IMG/VR virus record: IMGVR_UViG_3300035664_000071
Span: 1-27,086 of that record
Strand: one strand, 5' to 3'
Length of the DNA stretch: 27,086 nucleotides
Source: a virus
Lineage: Duplodnaviria; Caudoviricetes
The position numbers and the translations under genes were made by a program. The first letter of the stretch is position 1. Each line of letters opens with the position of its first letter. Below are positions 23,943 to 27,086 of the stretch, piece by piece. Under the pieces are notes generated by a model. It saw nothing but the letters and a program-made list of their open reading frames with translations, was not told where the DNA came from and made no database searches.

Positions 23943-24587
23943 TTATTTTGCTCGACCAATTGCGAACCCTGTAATGCCACCAAGTGCGAAAGCGAATGCG
24001 CGTGTCTCATACCACTTCTTCGGCGGCTCAGCCACGATTATGTTGTTCATTCTGGTAACGGTTACATAAGGGTTATCAATGCCAAGCCGAACCACCTTGT
24101 CACGCTTACGCGATAGGAAGCCCTTACGCAGCGTATCTCCAATCGCAACGGTATAACTTACCGGAATGATAATTGAATCCAACTGAAGCCGTCCTGCGCG
24201 GCTTATTTGCCCACCTATCTCGAGCCACTTACCCGGCCGATGGAAGGTGCGAGGCAGGCGAAGGTGCGGAAAGCTATCAATGTACACGGTCTCGCCAAGT
24301 TCTACTTGCGTCACCACCTTGGTCCGCGTTTGGTACCTGATCACCACCTCAGGCTCACGCAATTCCAAGGCTCGCAGCTTGGTGCCTGCCGCTGCCAGCT
24401 GCACGCCTTGGCTGTGCATCTTGCTGCTATCTCTCGCAATGCGCACAGCGTACTCATTATTGAGCGAATCGAGATACCTCGCATTGCTTTCTGCCTCACC
24501 TAATGCTCCGCAAGTGCGCATCAAAAGCAGCAAAAGAAATAGGCATATTGCCAACAGGCTTAACGTGCTGATGTTGCTTTGCTGCAT
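23943..24587 (-). CDS. Spanin-like protein (possible unimolecular spanin)
   Basis: N-terminal hydrophobic helix ending LLMRTC (lipobox-like), coiled coil, beta region, and C-terminal KKWYE plus Gly-rich TM. Last gene of the lysis cassette. Confidence 0.6.
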   Translation of the reverse strand: MQQSNISTLSLLAICLFLLLLLMRTCGALGEAESNARYLDSLNNEYAVRIARDSSKMHSQGVQLAAAGTKLRALELREPEVVIRYQTRTKVVTQVELGETVYIDSFPHLRLPRTFHRPGKWLEIGGQISRAGRLQLDSIIIPVSYTVAIGDTLRKGFLSRKRDKVVRLGIDNPYVTVTRMNNIIVAEPPKKWYETRAFAFALGGITGFAIGRAK

Positions 24588-24754
24588 TTGATTAGTTCGT
24601 TTAATCGTTTGAGATAAGTGCTTTTATCGCGCAGCTCGTTGAGCAATATATCGCCCGCCACCTTAATCGGCATTGCCTTCTCGGCTATGTACACAGCCAG
24701 CACCTTCACAAGTCGCTCATCGCATTCGCAATCGGTGGCCGGTAGGTTGCTCAT
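24560..24754 (-). CDS. Hypothetical 64-aa protein with CEC motif
   Basis: ATGA-coupled to the PAS-HisKA gene and overlaps the spanin start. Confidence 0.6.
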   Translation of the reverse strand: MSNLPATDCECDERLVKVLAVYIAEKAMPIKVAGDILLNELRDKSTYLKRLNELIKCSKATSAR

Positions 24755-25317
24755 AATTGCCGTGTTGCTTTTTTGACCAATAGCCGAATCACATTGTCGA
24801 GCTTTTCAACGCTGTCCTCGAGCATCTTCATCACTCCATCGCGTTCCTGATCGGTTGCCCAAGTGTGCTCGTTTATCATTTTCACCAATCCACCGATCGA
24901 TGTCAACGGCTGACGAAGTTCGTGCGATAAGGTAAAGCGAAACTCTTCGAGCAGCATCTTTTGCCGTTCGTATTCGTGGTTGCTTATGGAAGTAACATCG
25001 ACCAGCTGAATGCCGATGAAGTGCAGCATATCTACAATGGCGTAAACATTCCACATATTGAAGCGCTCGGATGCAATCTTCTGCTTAGTCTTTGCGTATG
25101 CCCGAATCGGGTCGGGCGATTTGGTTTGGGCCTTGCGAATGGCTGCAAGCAGTTCATCGCGGTCGCTATCTTGCGCTGCGATGTCGAGGATATTGCCGGG
25201 CTTTATGTGGCTGGAGTATTCGCGAAATAGGTCATTCGTGGTGACGATGTTGCCATCCCTGTCGGTGATCACATAGAAGAGGTCAATTGATGACTCAAGG
25301 ATGTGCAGCGATGCCAT
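24751..25317 (-). CDS. PAS + HisKA (DHp) protein lacking the HATPase_c domain
   Basis: PAS-like ILESSIDLFYVITDRDGNIVTTN...IGIQLVDVT, a coiled linker, and H-box SHELRQPLTSIGGLV. It stops after DHp helix 2. 188 aa from ATG 25317. Confidence 0.85.
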   Translation of the reverse strand: MASLHILESSIDLFYVITDRDGNIVTTNDLFREYSSHIKPGNILDIAAQDSDRDELLAAIRKAQTKSPDPIRAYAKTKQKIASERFNMWNVYAIVDMLHFIGIQLVDVTSISNHEYERQKMLLEEFRFTLSHELRQPLTSIGGLVKMINEHTWATDQERDGVMKMLEDSVEKLDNVIRLLVKKATRQL

Positions 25318-25321
25318 GCTG

Positions 25322-25329
25322 CAAAGATA
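25322..25329 (-). promoter_or_regulatory. -7 promoter element TATCTTTG upstream of PAS-HisKA
   Basis: TAnnTTTG in a 14-nt intergenic gap, 4 nt before the ATG. Confidence 0.6.
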
Positions 25330-25331
25330 CG

Positions 25332-25724
25332 TTAAACCGAACGTAAATCCGCAATTAATGAACGCCATGCTGGCACACATCCGAGCGCATACTTGATGGT
25401 AAGCAGCATCGTGAAGGTGAGCACAATTCCGTTTGCGAGTATATCGTAATTCATAGGCGTTGGCATTTCCGGCTCGTTTCTTACAGCGTGAGTTTTCGGG
25501 ATGTAATACGTGGCGGCTGGGTACAAAGATACATCACACGGCTGAATCGTGTCGAATGCCGTTAGCACTTTCGCCTTTGCCGGCTGTGCCATCACCGCCT
25601 GAAAGCTCTCACGATTCGCCTGGGCGAATGAGGTGTCGGCATTAGCAGCCTCCCAGCTCATCGTGTCAATGTTGAGCTTGCTGTGGCGCACTACTTTGAT
25701 GGTATCTCTACGAATCTGTTGCAT
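25332..25724 (-). CDS. Hypothetical membrane protein in the lysis cassette
   Basis: C-terminal TM ILANGIVLTFTMLLTIKYALG; overlaps the holin end. Confidence 0.6.
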   Translation of the reverse strand: MQQIRRDTIKVVRHSKLNIDTMSWEAANADTSFAQANRESFQAVMAQPAKAKVLTAFDTIQPCDVSLYPAATYYIPKTHAVRNEPEMPTPMNYDILANGIVLTFTMLLTIKYALGCVPAWRSLIADLRSV

Positions 25725-25914
25725 CGCTTTTGGCTTTTGGTATGTACCCTGCGGCTAATAGTGCTGCAATTATGGCGGTTAATGTCTCGGCTGTTATCAC
25801 TTTGAAGATAAGTAGGAAGATGGACACCAGAATCATAAGCGAACCGATTGTGCCGCGCCAGTGCTTCACAATCACATCGAGTATTCGCCTTTGCTTGGTA
25901 GCCCTTTTTCGCAT
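25708..25914 (-). CDS. Putative class II holin (2 TM)
   Basis: Basic N-terminus, two hydrophobic helices and a charged tail; next to the endolysin. Alternative GTG start at 25929. Confidence 0.65.
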   Translation of the reverse strand: MRKRATKQRRILDVIVKHWRGTIGSLMILVSIFLLIFKVITAETLTAIIAALLAAGYIPKAKSDATDS

Positions 25915-25959
25915 ATCTAATATACGCACACGCCAGCGCGGCGTTGGGGCAAGATGGGG

Positions 25960-26418
25960 CTAAATGTTACAAAGTGAGAAATAGAGATTCGCCTCTTCGC
26001 GGCGGCGGTTCGTTAGCCCTGAGAGCACCTTCCCGCTCGCCTTGTTCCAACGAAGGAACTCATCGAGGATGCTTGGGTCGGCTGAGTTGGCTTTGGCTTT
26101 TTTCAACAGCGTTGACTTAACCAACGCCCCAGTCCCTACGTTATATGCAAAGCACACAAGCGCATCGAACTGGCATTGGTTGAGGTTAGGTAGGTGCTTA
26201 TTGACTGCCGACTCGAATGGGTCAAGCGTGGATAGTAGCAATTGCGTTGCTTCCTTCTCGCCGCTCAGCTTTTCGCCGAGGATAACCTTCTTACCATTCG
26301 GGTAGCGTGTCGAGCCGTAGCCAATGGTCGGCACTCCGGCTGGGCATAGGTAGCTTGAGAGCCTCAATCCCTCGTACTTCTTAATCAGATTAAGCCCGAG
26401 AATTGAGGTGCTGCGCAT
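25960..26418 (-). CDS. GH24 lysozyme endolysin
   Basis: EGLRL..Y.CPAGVPTIGYG, QFDALV.F.YNVG and GLTNRRREEA motifs. Confidence 0.95.
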   Translation of the reverse strand: MRSTSILGLNLIKKYEGLRLSSYLCPAGVPTIGYGSTRYPNGKKVILGEKLSGEKEATQLLLSTLDPFESAVNKHLPNLNQCQFDALVCFAYNVGTGALVKSTLLKKAKANSADPSILDEFLRWNKASGKVLSGLTNRRREEANLYFSLCNI

Positions 26419-26915
26419 TATTTAATTTCGTATTGAAAAACAGTACGTATGTATGTATAAGTTGAGCCTGCTGTTGCTGTATCTACGGTTATTAAAGCAA
26501 GGTCTAATGTATCGTCAGCAACAATATTTGCACCTAAAAAGTCAGTCCAGTTATCTGGAACAATGCAGCCCTGGATATCTTTTATATTTGTAAAATCTGA
26601 GCTAACAGGCAAGTCAATATTAAACGCAACGCTTGAATCAGAACCTCCGAATGATACATCAAAAAACGTTGACATTGTTACAATATTTCCAACCTTTTGA
26701 TAAAATGCGGGTAATACTGCAACAATAGTCGTATTCGGAACTATATTTGATACCGTTGGTGAAAATGTTCCGCTCTCGAACTGCGGCATCCCTGAATAGA
26801 TGTCTTGCACCTCAATCTGCTTGCTGGTGTTGGAGCTTGTATCAACGATGTAGAAGATGTCATCGCTTGCTGCCGTTGCTAAGGGTGTTAAGTCGGTTAC
26901 TTTTACGCCTGCCAT
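26418..26915 (-). CDS. Small tail fibre/appendage protein
   Basis: VKVTDLTPL N-terminal adaptor-like motif. GTFSPT...YQKVGNIVT...LP pattern typical of fibre tip domains. Confidence 0.6.
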   Translation of the reverse strand: MAGVKVTDLTPLATAASDDIFYIVDTSSNTSKQIEVQDIYSGMPQFESGTFSPTVSNIVPNTTIVAVLPAFYQKVGNIVTMSTFFDVSFGGSDSSVAFNIDLPVSSDFTNIKDIQGCIVPDNWTDFLGANIVADDTLDLALITVDTATAGSTYTYIRTVFQYEIK

Positions 26916-26932
26916 AATGATAGATTTGGTTT

Positions 26933-27086
26933 TTACAAATATAGTGATTCTTTCGGCACATATTCAATCGCTGGCAATTCCTTAACCCAGTCGATGGTTG
27001 TGCTGCTTACCTCTTCGCCGCTTATTATCCAATTGCCATTCGCATCTTCGATCGGGTTGAATGTCATATCTGCGACATATTGCACA
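26933..27086 (-). CDS. 3' part of a small hypothetical phage protein (...FNPIEDANGNWIISGEE...WVKELPAIEYVPKESLYL*)
   Basis: Hand-translated open frame from the right edge to TAA at 26933. Confidence 0.65.
   Translation of the reverse strand, partial: VQYVADMTFNPIEDANGNWIISGEEVSSTTIDWVKELPAIEYVPKESLYL
26936..26943 (-). promoter_or_regulatory. -7 promoter element TATATTTG upstream of the fibre/lysis genes
   Basis: TAnnTTTG located 20 nt before ATG 26915. Confidence 0.55.

Noticed and set aside
23900-23945. Possible operator or att-like imperfect dyad upstream of the early promoter
   Set aside because: Single copy with weak symmetry; it cannot be supported from the sequence alone.
24751-25317. 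Pseudogene of a full histidine kinase
   Set aside because: It ends cleanly after DHp helix 2 with an ATGA-coupled next gene, and no N/G-box remnants were noticed downstream.
482-26305. Numerous + strand ORFs in the track (for example 1381-1797, 8596-9003, 12063-12491, 16517-17005)
   Set aside because: All are antisense shadows of well-supported minus-strand genes, with no motifs or expression signals.
26418-27086. Diversity-generating retroelement target
   Set aside because: No reverse transcriptase or TR/VR repeat pair was seen in the window.

Overview
The window is about 27 kb of a tailed dsDNA phage or prophage genome, with every credible gene on the minus strand. The host is very likely Bacteroidota, judging from six TAnnTTTG (-7) promoter motifs at module starts, A-rich SD-less leaders and a BT4734/VirE-type primase. 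In transcription order (right to left) it contains: end of a tail-appendage region; a lysis cassette (GH24 endolysin, holin, membrane protein, PAS-HisKA protein, small protein, spanin-like); an early/replication module (SSB, HTH, PD-(D/E)XK exonuclease, C5 DNA methyltransferase with a nested out-of-frame second subunit, SF2 helicase, primase-helicase, iteron/(TG)n putative origin, HNH, VRR-NUC); terminase small and large subunits; a tail chaperone with a -1 frameshift; tape measure and tail proteins; a glycosyltransferase and SAM methyltransferase; and a Zn-finger-bearing portal that runs off the left edge. The most unusual element is the PAS-HisKA protein with no ATPase domain, which has its own promoter and sits inside the lysis cassette. 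No integrase, capsid, tRNA or CRISPR was seen. All calls come from motif recognition by eye; no database searches were run.
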